From: an uncultured Bacteroidales bacterium
GTDB lineage: Bacteria > Bacteroidota > Bacteroidia > Bacteroidales > DTU049
NCBI GenBank assembly: GCA_964428185.1
Contig: CAYRXH010000005.1
Coordinates: forward strand, 10,772 to 74,771
Length of the DNA stretch: 64,000 nt
Direction of reading: 5' to 3'
Shown here: positions 29,944-39,315 of the stretch, one piece after another
Numbering within the stretch: position 1 is the stretch's first letter
How the letters are laid out: each line of letters begins with the position of its first letter
Notes under the pieces: model-generated
The model's database searches: none
What the model saw: the letters and a program-made list of their open reading frames with translations, nothing else
Told to the model about the DNA's origin: nothing
Program-made: the position numbers and the translations under genes

Positions 29944-30525
29944 TTAAAGATTAAAGAATAATTTTACTTCAAACAATCGTCTTTCATATATTCTACGATT
30001 ATTCATATTAAAACTTGTCCATGAATTAATAATCAAAGATGTATCATAATTTGGAATAATGTTATATTTTTGTTCAATAAGATGATTGTGAAAAGTTGAA
30101 TTACGAATAGCAGATGGTTTAACATTATAGTATAACATTGCCATTGCTAATGCTTTGTTTCCTGTTAAGAAGTATGTTTTAGATACATAAATTATGCGTT
30201 TATGAAAATCTGAATTTAATAATGAATCTGCTTCATGTAAAGAAATATTATCAGGCTTATATGGATATTGATGTCCATATCCTATGTACCAAAATGTATC
30301 ATTTGGTAATTGATATGGTTCTAATCTTAATCCTTCATATTTCTTTATATTTTCAATAGCTAAATCATAATTTACGTTATTAAGAACAAGATTTATATCA
30401 TATTCTTTACTAATTATATTTTTAGGAAGTTCGTTATTTATTAAATATGATATAAAACATAATCCTGAAATAAAAATTGCTATTACTGTAAGGAGAAAAA
30501 ATGAGACAATGTTTTTATTTTCCAT
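29944..30525 (-). CDS. Membrane-anchored GH24 (T4-type) lysozyme
   Basis: IKKYEGLRLEPYQLPNDTFWYIGYGH matches the T4 lysozyme EGLRL..Y.D..G..TIG.GH block. An N-terminal TM segment IVSFFLLTVIAIFISGLCFISYLI is present. I prefer the MENKN start at 30525, which overlaps dnaB by 11 nt. Confidence 0.7.
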   Translation of the reverse strand: MENKNIVSFFLLTVIAIFISGLCFISYLINNELPKNIISKEYDINLVLNNVNYDLAIENIKKYEGLRLEPYQLPNDTFWYIGYGHQYPYKPDNISLHEADSLLNSDFHKRIIYVSKTYFLTGNKALAMAMLYYNVKPSAIRNSTFHNHLIEQKYNIIPNYDTSLIINSWTSFNMNNRRIYERRLFEVKLFFNL

Positions 30526-31933
30526 AATCGTGAATAAATTTAAAATCAGAGTATTGTAAATCTGCAAAAAATCTAAATATTCCTGTTGAGCCGTTTCTAT
30601 TTTTTGTTATTTCTGCAACACCTAATTTCATTAAAATATCTTTTGATTCAGGATATGCATCAATAAGGTCGGGATAATTAGCAAATCTGTTTAGAAGCAT
30701 AATTTGTGTTGAAGCGTCTCTAATTCTTGTAGAGCCTTTGAAATGTTTTTCTCTTGGTCTATAGGCAGTTTTTAGATTAGTAGTATCTAGTTGTTCATCA
30801 GTAAAGTGATGAAGAACTATAATATAAGACTTAATTTTATTAACATAACAAGCATTTCTGATATTATATATTTCTCTTGCAATAGTATCATCAATTCTTA
30901 CTTGATTTTCTTTATTTCCATGATCGTTGAGTAACATTAGATTATCAATTATTAAGATATTAAATCTATCTGGTCTTTTAGAAACAAAAGCCTTGTATTC
31001 TGTGTTAATATCAATAATTGATCTTGGTTGTTCTACAATATCAACATCATATTTAGAGAAAATATTTCTATAGGATAATACAGTATGAAGTTCAAGTTCA
31101 GACATTTTATAGTTCTTACCTTCCATCTGTTCATCTGTTAATCCTATCATTGGTGAAAGAAAACATCTAACAAGTTTATTTGCATCATCTTCTAAACTGT
31201 ACCATTTTATACTTATTCTATCAGAGTTATATTTTAAGAGTTCTCTTATAAGAGCAATAACGAGTCTTGTTTTTCCTGAACCTGATTTACCACCAATTAA
31301 TAATGTATTATTTTCTGATATTAAGGCAAATTTGTCAATAACTTCATTATTAAATGGTATCCATTGCTCTTTTAATAAATTATCGTTATTATGAATATTA
31401 TAGATATTCATAATGACATCATCTATATTTTTAGAAAACTCTTTTTGTTCCAACATTCTTGTCCATTCTACTAATTTAGTTAATGAACTGTTTGTTACAG
31501 AAATTATATCAAATGGGTCATTGTTGTCAAATGATTTATTAACAGCATTATGACAAATGTTGATAATTTCTCTTAAAATATACTTTTCTACGATGTATAA
31601 AGCATATTTAACAGTGTCATTAGCGTATAAAAAGTTTCTTGTTAAATCCATTATATATGATGCACCACCTACTTGTTCTAGTTTACCAATGTCACGGAGT
31701 TTTTGTATAATATAAGATATTTCAATAGGTTCATCAGATTGAAATAAATTAGATAGTACAGTAAAAATTATTTGATGTGCTTCTTTGAAAAAGTGAAATG
31801 GTTTAATTATGTTAATTGTGAAATGAAATGTTTTAGGATTAGAAATAATCATACCTAAATATGTAGCTTCAATATCAACACATTCAGGTAATTTTTTTTC
31901 AAAATCCTGAAAAAGTTTAATAGATTTTGTCAT
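30515..31933 (-). CDS. dnaB: DnaB-like replicative DNA helicase
   Basis: The N-terminal EATYLGMIISNP resembles the DnaB N-domain. Walker A LIGGKSGSGKTR, Walker B IIDNLMLL. Length is 472 aa. Confidence 0.7.
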   Translation of the reverse strand: MTKSIKLFQDFEKKLPECVDIEATYLGMIISNPKTFHFTINIIKPFHFFKEAHQIIFTVLSNLFQSDEPIEISYIIQKLRDIGKLEQVGGASYIMDLTRNFLYANDTVKYALYIVEKYILREIINICHNAVNKSFDNNDPFDIISVTNSSLTKLVEWTRMLEQKEFSKNIDDVIMNIYNIHNNDNLLKEQWIPFNNEVIDKFALISENNTLLIGGKSGSGKTRLVIALIRELLKYNSDRISIKWYSLEDDANKLVRCFLSPMIGLTDEQMEGKNYKMSELELHTVLSYRNIFSKYDVDIVEQPRSIIDINTEYKAFVSKRPDRFNILIIDNLMLLNDHGNKENQVRIDDTIAREIYNIRNACYVNKIKSYIIVLHHFTDEQLDTTNLKTAYRPREKHFKGSTRIRDASTQIMLLNRFANYPDLIDAYPESKDILMKLGVAEITKNRNGSTGIFRFFADLQYSDFKFIHDYGK

Positions 31934-32291
31934 ATTCTTCTCTTAATTTATCAAGGTCGCCAAAAATATAAATACTTCTAGGGTCTTTTCTGGAAATTTT
32001 GTTAAAATTTTGCAAGTGCATTTGACTATTTAAGAAATCTATTGGAGATTTAAGTCTTTCATCTTTTGGGATAAAATCTTTATTAGCTGAAGAATATTTG
32101 GCATTCCACCATAGTACATAAGATTCGTATTTATTAATGATATAATCTGCATCTATTAATTTATCTTCAAATGTATAACCACAAACAGATTGCATTTCAT
32201 ATTTTAATAAATTTAAATCTATTGGTTCAGGATTAATAGCATGCATTTTATTTACATCATACATTGTAATTGTAACTTTAACTTTTTCCAT
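31917..32291 (-). CDS. Hypothetical protein (124 aa)
   Basis: ORF only. Confidence 0.5.
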   Translation of the reverse strand: MEKVKVTITMYDVNKMHAINPEPIDLNLLKYEMQSVCGYTFEDKLIDADYIINKYESYVLWWNAKYSSANKDFIPKDERLKSPIDFLNSQMHLQNFNKISRKDPRSIYIFGDLDKLREEYDKIY

Positions 32292-32293
32292 AG

Positions 32294-32872
32294 TTAGTAT
32301 TTTAATAATTTAATTTTGCTAATAGCGAAAAGTGAATGATCAATTTCTGGTAAAAGGTCAAGTTCGGTTGAATTAATAATGTTTTCAAAATAATCTATGA
32401 TGGCGTCTAATGGATAAAAATTATTTACATTACAAATAATAACCCCATGATTATCTTTGTTTACTTCATATCCTAGAGGATATGGCCAAATATAGTCCAT
32501 GTTATCATCCTCAAAATAGTTATATTTTACCATAAGGTCTTGGATGATTTGAACAGCATTAATAAAGTCAAATTTTCTGTGTGAATCTCTTAGGAAATAA
32601 AAACCTACTTTCCATATTTTATCATTTTTAAATAAGTTTTGGATTTCTACTTTATTTTGTACATACACATGACCATAATTTTTGTAATATGTTTCAACAG
32701 TTTTTGATGGTCCTAATCTTTTAAATTCTTTTAACACATAAGAATTATCATGTGTATCGTCAGTAACCCATTTTTTATACGTTTGTATTTCCTTACTGTT
32801 TTTAAGAGAAGGAATGTTCCCATTTAGGAACACTCCTTTATTAATAATTAAATTTAACAAATCTCTATTCAT
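32294..32872 (-). CDS. RusA-like Holliday junction resolvase
   Basis: IPSLKNSKE plus VGFYFLRDSHRKFDFINAVQIIQDLMVKYNYFEDDN parallels E. coli RusA PPSNNRYY ... [35 protein letters not shown]. Confidence 0.5.
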   Translation of the reverse strand: MNRDLLNLIINKGVFLNGNIPSLKNSKEIQTYKKWVTDDTHDNSYVLKEFKRLGPSKTVETYYKNYGHVYVQNKVEIQNLFKNDKIWKVGFYFLRDSHRKFDFINAVQIIQDLMVKYNYFEDDNMDYIWPYPLGYEVNKDNHGVIICNVNNFYPLDAIIDYFENIINSTELDLLPEIDHSLFAISKIKLLKY

Positions 32873-33738
32873 AATGATGTTATGTTTTCGTTAATAAAGG
32901 ATAAAAAGATAGAACTAAATTCTGTGTTTTGACTAATGATATTAGATATTTCCATTGATTGTGGCTTATGAAGGTTAGTACCTATATTATATACTTCGTA
33001 TCCAGATAGAGTGTTATTGTTTGAGATTGAAAGAGATGATAATATATTTTCTGTAAATTTGGAAATCTGTCCTTGATTTAGAGCATATATATTTTTATCA
33101 TTGATATAATTTTTAATAGTATTAGAATCTTTTTCAACTCTAATAGCTGTTAATAAGCCAATAAATTGAAAACAGTTGTCTAAAGAAAATTCAATATTTT
33201 TTAGTTTATTAATTGTATTTTCATGAAAATATATATGTTCTTCATGTTTATAAATCCAATCAGAGACGATATCAAACATGTGTGTTAATTTAATATTTTT
33301 AGTTGATAAATAGTTATCATAATTAAAGATAGATAAATTATTACATATTTTGATATTTGCCCCTATTGCTATTTCAATACTATTTTGGTGATATGATATA
33401 GCAATTTTAGTGTTCCATTCATCATTACCTGTTTCAATTGAAAATCCAGTTATTAATCTTCTAAACACATGAGCTTCTATAGATTTTTCACCTTTAATTT
33501 GTTCTACATAAGGCAATACTGAAACACCTGGAATTTTAGAAGGGCCACTATTTGAAACATATATATCTTCTATATTAGCAATAAATCTTTTATTAATAAT
33601 ATTACTTACATTGTCAATTACATCTACATGTGACATTCCATGTACAGATTTGCCACTAATCATTTTTTCATCTAATGACAATTTTAGTTCATCAAAAGAG
33701 ATGATTTCATAGCCATCTTTGAAATTCAATTTTTTCAT
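32869..33738 (-). CDS. Hypothetical protein, possibly DUF932-like
   Basis: AISYHQNSIEIAIGANIKICNNLSIF weakly recalls the DUF932 core (..S.D.s.a..i..G..v.vC.N). Confidence 0.3.
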   Translation of the reverse strand: MKKLNFKDGYEIISFDELKLSLDEKMISGKSVHGMSHVDVIDNVSNIINKRFIANIEDIYVSNSGPSKIPGVSVLPYVEQIKGEKSIEAHVFRRLITGFSIETGNDEWNTKIAISYHQNSIEIAIGANIKICNNLSIFNYDNYLSTKNIKLTHMFDIVSDWIYKHEEHIYFHENTINKLKNIEFSLDNCFQFIGLLTAIRVEKDSNTIKNYINDKNIYALNQGQISKFTENILSSLSISNNNTLSGYEVYNIGTNLHKPQSMEISNIISQNTEFSSIFLSFINENITSL

Positions 33739-33756
33739 AATTAAAATTTTAATAAG

Positions 33757-34743
33757 TTAAACAACTTTAATATTAATTGCTTCCTGACATGAACCTGTAT
33801 TTTTAGGATTATGAGGACAATCTTTACAATTATTGAAAGAACCAATTTGAGGAAATTCTGTGTCAAAGCAATATGTTAGTTCTATAATAGTTTGTTTGAT
33901 TCTTGCATGCATCATTTTGATGTCATCTTCATCTGGGTTGTGCATGAATATTTCTTGGTTCATGTTTTTAGAATAATCAAAGACCCAATATAAGCATGTT
34001 TTTCCTGATAAAAAGTTATATATGTCAAATTGAATATGATCCATATACTCAGGTTTACCCCAAGCATATGGACCAAATGAATTATTAATGTTTTCTGTTA
34101 GTTTAAGGTCAATTACACAATCAATAAATTCATTTTGATGATAAATGGGATGTACGATATCGACAATACCTTTTATATAAAATGTAAATCTATCATCATA
34201 TTCAGTTTGATAATTGATTTTGTATTTGATTTGTGTATTTATACCAGGAAGTATATTTATTCCATATTGTTGGCAAAGCCGTTTAAATTCTATAGCTTGA
34301 TTTTCAATGCGTATTTGGTCTAGGGTTTTTTGTCCTAATGGTTTTACAGTTCTTGGCAAATCCAATATTTTATCATTACTTGATGTACCACCTAAACACA
34401 ATGTTTCAAAGTAATTACCTTTTAACATTGGTAAAGATTTTATGACAGAATGAGATTTGATAATAAAACAAGTATATATTTTAAAAGGACAATAATTTAA
34501 TACTGTTCCTTTATTAGTAGTAAATTGTTTTATTAAACTTTGAGAGATATTAATAATTGGTTTGCCATTATCATATTTTAATACAGCATTGGTATTATAT
34601 TTGACACTATCGATAGTGTTATCATTTTTAGCATTGCCAAAAGCAACAGGAATAGTAGCAAATTTAGTATTTTTTTCATCGTTTTTAATATTATCATCAG
34701 TTATTGGGTTTTTTTTTAGATATTTATCAAAGATAGAATTCAT
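33757..34743 (-). CDS. Cas4/RecB-like PD-(D/E)xK exonuclease with a Cys cluster
   Basis: GIVDIVHP...CVIDLKLT...HIQFDIY gives D..DxK..QxxxY. A C-terminal CKDCPHNPKNTGSC and an N-terminal Cys are present. Confidence 0.6.
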   Translation of the reverse strand: MNSIFDKYLKKNPITDDNIKNDEKNTKFATIPVAFGNAKNDNTIDSVKYNTNAVLKYDNGKPIINISQSLIKQFTTNKGTVLNYCPFKIYTCFIIKSHSVIKSLPMLKGNYFETLCLGGTSSNDKILDLPRTVKPLGQKTLDQIRIENQAIEFKRLCQQYGINILPGINTQIKYKINYQTEYDDRFTFYIKGIVDIVHPIYHQNEFIDCVIDLKLTENINNSFGPYAWGKPEYMDHIQFDIYNFLSGKTCLYWVFDYSKNMNQEIFMHNPDEDDIKMMHARIKQTIIELTYCFDTEFPQIGSFNNCKDCPHNPKNTGSCQEAINIKVV

Positions 34744-35180
34744 GATTTTAGTTTATTTTCAAACTCATTTTTTAATTTGATAGATATTTCACAAAGTCTG
34801 TATGCAGTTTCTTCTATTTTATTAATATCAAGTTTACTGTGACAGACAAGCATTATGGCATTTGAAATTGCATTACCTACCATTGGTCCAACAGTATCAA
34901 GTGGTCTGGAGAAATTGGTATGAGGATTTTTTGGAACAGGGGTATTATCAGTTTTAATAGGAGTTATTTTATAGTATTTTTCGTTATTAGAGTTTAATTT
35001 TAATTCCATATTATAACTAATCAAATCTCCTTTGATAAATTTAGTTTGTTCTTTGGATTGAGAAATATATTCGCCTGTATCTCCATTTTCAAAACTAATT
35101 TTGTGAACATAGAAAGAGCCATAATTGTTACTAAATTCTCTTTCAAATTTTACTTCTAATACTTTGCTTTGTTTAATCAT
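34740..35180 (-). CDS. Hypothetical protein (146 aa), possibly an OB-fold DNA-binding protein
   Basis: ORF with a beta-rich N-terminal half. No firm motif. Confidence 0.3.
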   Translation of the reverse strand: MIKQSKVLEVKFEREFSNNYGSFYVHKISFENGDTGEYISQSKEQTKFIKGDLISYNMELKLNSNNEKYYKITPIKTDNTPVPKNPHTNFSRPLDTVGPMVGNAISNAIMLVCHSKLDINKIEETAYRLCEISIKLKNEFENKLKS

Positions 35181-35211
35181 TGGTTTAGGTTTTAATGGTT
35201 AATAAAAAATA

Positions 35212-35219
35212 CAAAGTTA
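35212..35219 (-). promoter_or_regulatory. Bacteroidota-type -7 promoter element (TAACTTTG)
   Basis: The - strand reads TAACTTTG 32 nt upstream of the ATG at 35180. No clear -33 TTTG. Confidence 0.35.
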
Positions 35220-35352
35220 AATATAAATACTAAGATATTAAAGGAAAATTTGTTAAATTATATTTTATTATATGTTTTAATATTTTAGTATTTATGAGTA
35301 TGGGATTATATTATGTAATTTAATTTAATTTAATTAGTGGTTTAGATTAATT

Positions 35353-35412
35353 TTAAGAGGACTTTATTATAAAGATAGTATCAGGTACTACTTCGTGATA
35401 AAGTCCTCTTAA
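35353..35412. repeat. 15-bp perfect inverted repeat with a 30-nt loop
   Basis: TTAAGAGGACTTTAT (35353-35367) / ATAAAGTCCTCTTAA (35398-35412). The loop holds a small AGTA-tcagg-TACT hairpin. No flanking T-run on either strand. Confidence 0.8.
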
Positions 35413-35436
35413 AAACGTTTAAAATGGATAAAATGA

Positions 35437-37206
35437 CTATTCTTCTATTAGGGCTTCTACTTTTAATCCACCTTGTGGAATAACTTTTTCTAATAAAACA
35501 ATAGCTTTATTATTAACAGCTAGTTCATGCAAAATCTTTAATCTTTCATTATCAAAACTTTCACCTCTACCAACCAAAAGAATAGGAAAATGAGAATTAA
35601 GTTTTAAAAGTATCTTGCATGCAATTATCATTTGTTTAGATTGAGATATTTGTGTATCAGATAATGGTAAATAATCATTATCATGAAGAACGTAAATACA
35701 ATCATCTTCTATTTTAATATCTTCTAATATAGGATTATTTTTAATTAGTAATTTTTTCTGTTCTCTTAGTGATTCTATCTTTTCATCTAATTCTTGTTTA
35801 GCAATGGAACATTCATAGTATTTCTTTTGTGCTTCTTCATAATCTTGATACTTATAGAGTGTTGAATTTATTAATTTTTCCATTTCCAATGCTTGAAGAT
35901 ATTTTTCTTCTAAGATATCATCAGGAACAAAGTTAAGTTCTGATAGTTCTTTAGTTATTTCATCTTTCTTAATGTTATATCTTCTTTCAATATCAGTTTT
36001 TTCTTCAATTAAGTTATTATATTCATTTTTTAAGTCATTGATAGTTTTATTAATAATATCAATTCTTTGATTGATTTTATTAATAATATCATCATATGAT
36101 GTTTTTATAAGTTCAAGATTATCATTAAGAGATTGCATTTTTATAGAAATAGATTTCTTTTCTTCATATTCTGTTTTTGTCTTTTTTATTTCGTCTTCTA
36201 TTTCTAAAATATCTTTTGATATTAGTTCTTTTTCAGTGTCTGTTATATTTATTTCTTTTAATCTTTTAGAATAGTGTGCTATATCAGTGTATATGGGTGT
36301 TCGTAAATCATAATTAATTTTTTCTTTTTCTGTTAGGTCAAGATATAGATTACGAACATTTTCATCTAGACATTTAAGGAATATTTCGGATTGTTTTTTT
36401 CTGCCTTCTGCTGTTTTTCCCCATGATACAAATTCTTCAGCGGTAAAGTCTTGATATGAGAATATGTCTCTTATAGAAGTTATAGAATGTGTTCTTATAC
36501 CTTTATTATTTACCATTGTAAATTTGACTTTACCATCTTTATGAGCTTCCATTGTCACTGAATATGTATTTCCGTCAGGGGTATCAATAATACCTGTTAT
36601 CAAAGACTCTTGTTCGCCTATGGATACTGGTATTTTTGTATCATTCTTTGCTTTTATTAAACTTTTGAAGGCTTCTAATATAGACGATTTTCCTACTTCG
36701 TTTTGTCCAGATATTATATATACATTACTATTATTCAATTCTACATTTAAGTTCTTTATTAACTTATAGTTCTTAATGTGAAATTTTATATTGAATGTAT
36801 AATCATTATCTGTGGTTGTTTCATTTTCATTAATCAATGATGATGGTATTTCTTCTTTTGAAGGATTATTATTAGAAGAAATACTTTCTTCTTCAGGTGA
36901 GGAAGAAAGTATTTCAGGTGTATCAGGGCTATTGATTACAAGAACATCATTTTCATCAATATTAACCAGTTCAAAATAGGTTTCATCTAATTCTGTATCT
37001 GAGAAATTATTATGTACTATACTGAAATATTTGTTATATTCATCCAGTACATCAATAATATGAATATAAGAATCATATTTTTTACTGTATAGAATCATAC
37101 CTTTTTTAAGAGGCAAGAAAGTTTTAAAATAAAATTCTTCTTTTAATGCTAAGTGATTATTGTCTGTTTCTTTTATTTTTGAGATTTTGACAATTATTGT
37201 TTTCAT
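35437..37206 (-). CDS. SMC/Rad50/SbcC-like coiled-coil ATPase
   Basis: Walker A IISGQNEVGKSS, a long coiled-coil middle region, and C-terminal ILLVGRGESFDNERL (Walker B / D-loop-like). Confidence 0.55.
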   Translation of the reverse strand: MKTIIVKISKIKETDNNHLALKEEFYFKTFLPLKKGMILYSKKYDSYIHIIDVLDEYNKYFSIVHNNFSDTELDETYFELVNIDENDVLVINSPDTPEILSSSPEEESISSNNNPSKEEIPSSLINENETTTDNDYTFNIKFHIKNYKLIKNLNVELNNSNVYIISGQNEVGKSSILEAFKSLIKAKNDTKIPVSIGEQESLITGIIDTPDGNTYSVTMEAHKDGKVKFTMVNNKGIRTHSITSIRDIFSYQDFTAEEFVSWGKTAEGRKKQSEIFLKCLDENVRNLYLDLTEKEKINYDLRTPIYTDIAHYSKRLKEINITDTEKELISKDILEIEDEIKKTKTEYEEKKSISIKMQSLNDNLELIKTSYDDIINKINQRIDIINKTINDLKNEYNNLIEEKTDIERRYNIKKDEITKELSELNFVPDDILEEKYLQALEMEKLINSTLYKYQDYEEAQKKYYECSIAKQELDEKIESLREQKKLLIKNNPILEDIKIEDDCIYVLHDNDYLPLSDTQISQSKQMIIACKILLKLNSHFPILLVGRGESFDNERLKILHELAVNNKAIVLLEKVIPQGGLKVEALIEE

Positions 37207-37357
37207 GGTTATGATGTTTTTGATTAATTAATTCATTTAATTGAACAAGTTCTTCAATACAATCTGAACATATTGTATATTCTCCTGGGTAATATGCATG
37301 ATTGCATCTTAAACAAACTATTTTCTTTTTGTTTTTTGGATTATGTAAGTTTTTCAT
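37157..37357 (-). CDS. Small zinc-ribbon protein (66 aa)
   Basis: MKNLHNPKNKKKIVCLRCNHAYYPGEYTICSDCIEEL (CxxC-x11-CxxC). It starts at an internal ATG of the listed ORF 37157..37567 and overlaps the downstream gene start by 50 nt. Confidence 0.35.
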   Translation of the reverse strand: MKNLHNPKNKKKIVCLRCNHAYYPGEYTICSDCIEELVQLNELINQKHHNHENNNCQNLKNKRNRQ

Positions 37358-37376
37358 ATTTTCTTTTACTATAATT

Positions 37377-38453
37377 TTATTTTTTGTTTTTGTGGTTATT
37401 TTGTTTAATGGTAAAATTATTATTATTATCAAGAATATATTCAGTATTTGGCAATATATTGTTTTCACCCACATAAACTGTGACAGTCCTAATAACATTA
37501 TACGAATCTCTGTATTCAAGTGATAACATTGAATTATCGCCGCCTTTAACACTCGAACCGATACCACCTTTTAGTTTGGAATTATTGCCACCTGATATGA
37601 TAGAATGGTCACCACTGTTAATAATAGTATCATTTCCACCACTTACTATTGAGCCATAATCTGTTGTAATAAAAGAATAATCACCACCTTGAACTTCTGC
37701 CCAGTTTCTACAAGTAATAACAGATCTATTACCTCCTGTTGCTGTGGATTGCATGCCTCCTGAGATTACAGATTCATTACCACCTGTTATTATTGTGCCA
37801 GAACCACCTGTAATGAATGAATTATTACCTCCTTCAATAAAGGATTTATTACCTCCTGTAATTGTTGAATAGTTTCCACCTTTAACTTTTGACCAGTGAC
37901 CTCCTACGATTACAGAATCATTACCACCTGTAACAGTAGAGCCATTCCCTCCCCTAATAATAGACATGTTGCCGCCAGTTACTTGAGAAAGGTCGCCTCC
38001 TATGACGTTAGAAAAATCACCTCCTTTGATTATAGAATAGTCTCCTCCAACAGCAACTTCTCCGTTACCTACAACAATTGTAGCTCCTATTATACCTATA
38101 TTACCATAGACATTTGCTATAATGTTTGTAGCTGTTTCTCTATCTCCTACATATATTACATTGCCACCTTTAAATTTAACTTTACCATTAAGGTCTATGA
38201 TTCCTTTTTCTTTTACTTCTAATACCATCCATAATGCATCATCGTTTGTATAAAATAAAGTACCATCACCTCGTCCTTTTAAAGCACCGTGCAAACCTTT
38301 GCCAAAAATAGGTGAAGGATTCCAATCAGGTGCTTCTACCCAACCTGACATAGGATATTGAAAATGTTCAAAATTGGAACAATTATTTTTATCATTTGTT
38401 CTTAATACTAATACATGACCTTTTTTTACTTTAAACTCTTTTTCTCTTTTCAT
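37377..38453 (-). CDS. Octapeptide-repeat solenoid protein (22 GGxxSxhx units)
   Basis: Its N-terminal domain is homologous to the 25021..25839 and 38528..39277 products. It has 22 uninterrupted octads (aa 136-311) and the conserved C-terminal cap. Confidence 0.85.
   Translation of the reverse strand: MKREKEFKVKKGHVLVLRTNDKNNCSNFEHFQYPMSGWVEAPDWNPSPIFGKGLHGALKGRGDGTLFYTNDDALWMVLEVKEKGIIDLNGKVKFKGGNVIYVGDRETATNIIANVYGNIGIIGATIVVGNGEVAVGGDYSIIKGGDFSNVIGGDLSQVTGGNMSIIRGGNGSTVTGGNDSVIVGGHWSKVKGGNYSTITGGNKSFIEGGNNSFITGGSGTIITGGNESVISGGMQSTATGGNRSVITCRNWAEVQGGDYSFITTDYGSIVSGGNDTIINSGDHSIISGGNNSKLKGGIGSSVKGGDNSMLSLEYRDSYNVIRTVTVYVGENNILPNTEYILDNNNNFTIKQNNHKNKK
37521..38048 (-). repeat. 22 uninterrupted octapeptide units (GGDYSIIK ... 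GGDNSMLS)
   Basis: Counted in the translation. There are no indels between units. Confidence 0.9.
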
Positions 38454-38527
38454 ATTGCTTTTTTTAAAGTTAAACCCAAATCCATCATTATTGATTCTAA
38501 TGACAGATTTGGGTTAAAAATGAATTA

Positions 38528-39277
38528 TCAACAATTTAATGAAAAATTATTGTTTATATCTAATGTGTAATATACATTTGGTCTTAGTCCATTTTCTCCA
38601 ACCTTTGCAACAAAAGATTTACCAACAGAATTTTTTAGTATTATGGTAGTATTATTTCCCCCAGATGCTATTGTTCCATAGTCTCCTATTATTATTGAGT
38701 CTTCTCCAACTTTTACTTCACAATATTTATCTGCATATACAACTGAACTGTTACCTCCTGTTATTGTTGAGTTATGACCTCCCATTATAGTTGTATCATC
38801 TCCTCCTTTTAATATAGATTCACCACCTCCTTTTATTAAACAGTTATTACCACCTGTTAAATTTGACATATAACCTCCTGTTATTATTTGAATATCTCCT
38901 GTTGTTGCTTCCAATCCTATTACTCCTATGTTACCATATACATTGGATATAATAGTTGCTGCTGTTCGCATGTTACCAGAATATAATATAGTACCCATTC
39001 TGAAACGTACAAAACCATCATATTCTATTATATCTTGTTCAGATACTTCTAATACTGACCATATTGAATCTTCACTATAATTTAATAAATGTCCATTACC
39101 ACAACCTTTTAACATACCTTCTAAACCACCAATACGTGTTTGTGAATAAAAATTTTCGTCTTCTATAATTCCTAATCTCGGAAATTGAATACCATGACGA
39201 GAACAATTATTTTTGTCATTTGAACATAATACTAATACATGACCTTCTTTTAACTGAATTTTATTTATTGTTTCCAT
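38528..39277 (-). CDS. Octapeptide-repeat solenoid protein (10 units)
   Basis: METINKIQLKEGHVLVLCSNDKNNCS..., octads at aa 134-213, C-terminal cap VGENGLRPNVYYTLDINNNF. Confidence 0.8.
   Translation of the reverse strand: METINKIQLKEGHVLVLCSNDKNNCSRHGIQFPRLGIIEDENFYSQTRIGGLEGMLKGCGNGHLLNYSEDSIWSVLEVSEQDIIEYDGFVRFRMGTILYSGNMRTAATIISNVYGNIGVIGLEATTGDIQIITGGYMSNLTGGNNCLIKGGGESILKGGDDTTIMGGHNSTITGGNSSVVYADKYCEVKVGEDSIIIGDYGTIASGGNNTTIILKNSVGKSFVAKVGENGLRPNVYYTLDINNNFSLNC
38639..38878 (-). repeat. 10 octapeptide units (GGYMSNLT ... GGNNTTII)
   Basis: Read from the translation. Confidence 0.85.
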
Positions 39278-39315
39278 TTCTTTTTTTCTCCTATTATTTT
39301 GTTAAATTATTATTT

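Noticed and set aside
37157-37567. The full-length 136-aa ORF 37157..37567 (-)
   Set aside because: Its first 70 codons overlap the 3' end of the solenoid gene 37377..38453 and read as hydrophobic low complexity. Only the distal 66-codon zinc-ribbon part (37157..37357) is plausible.
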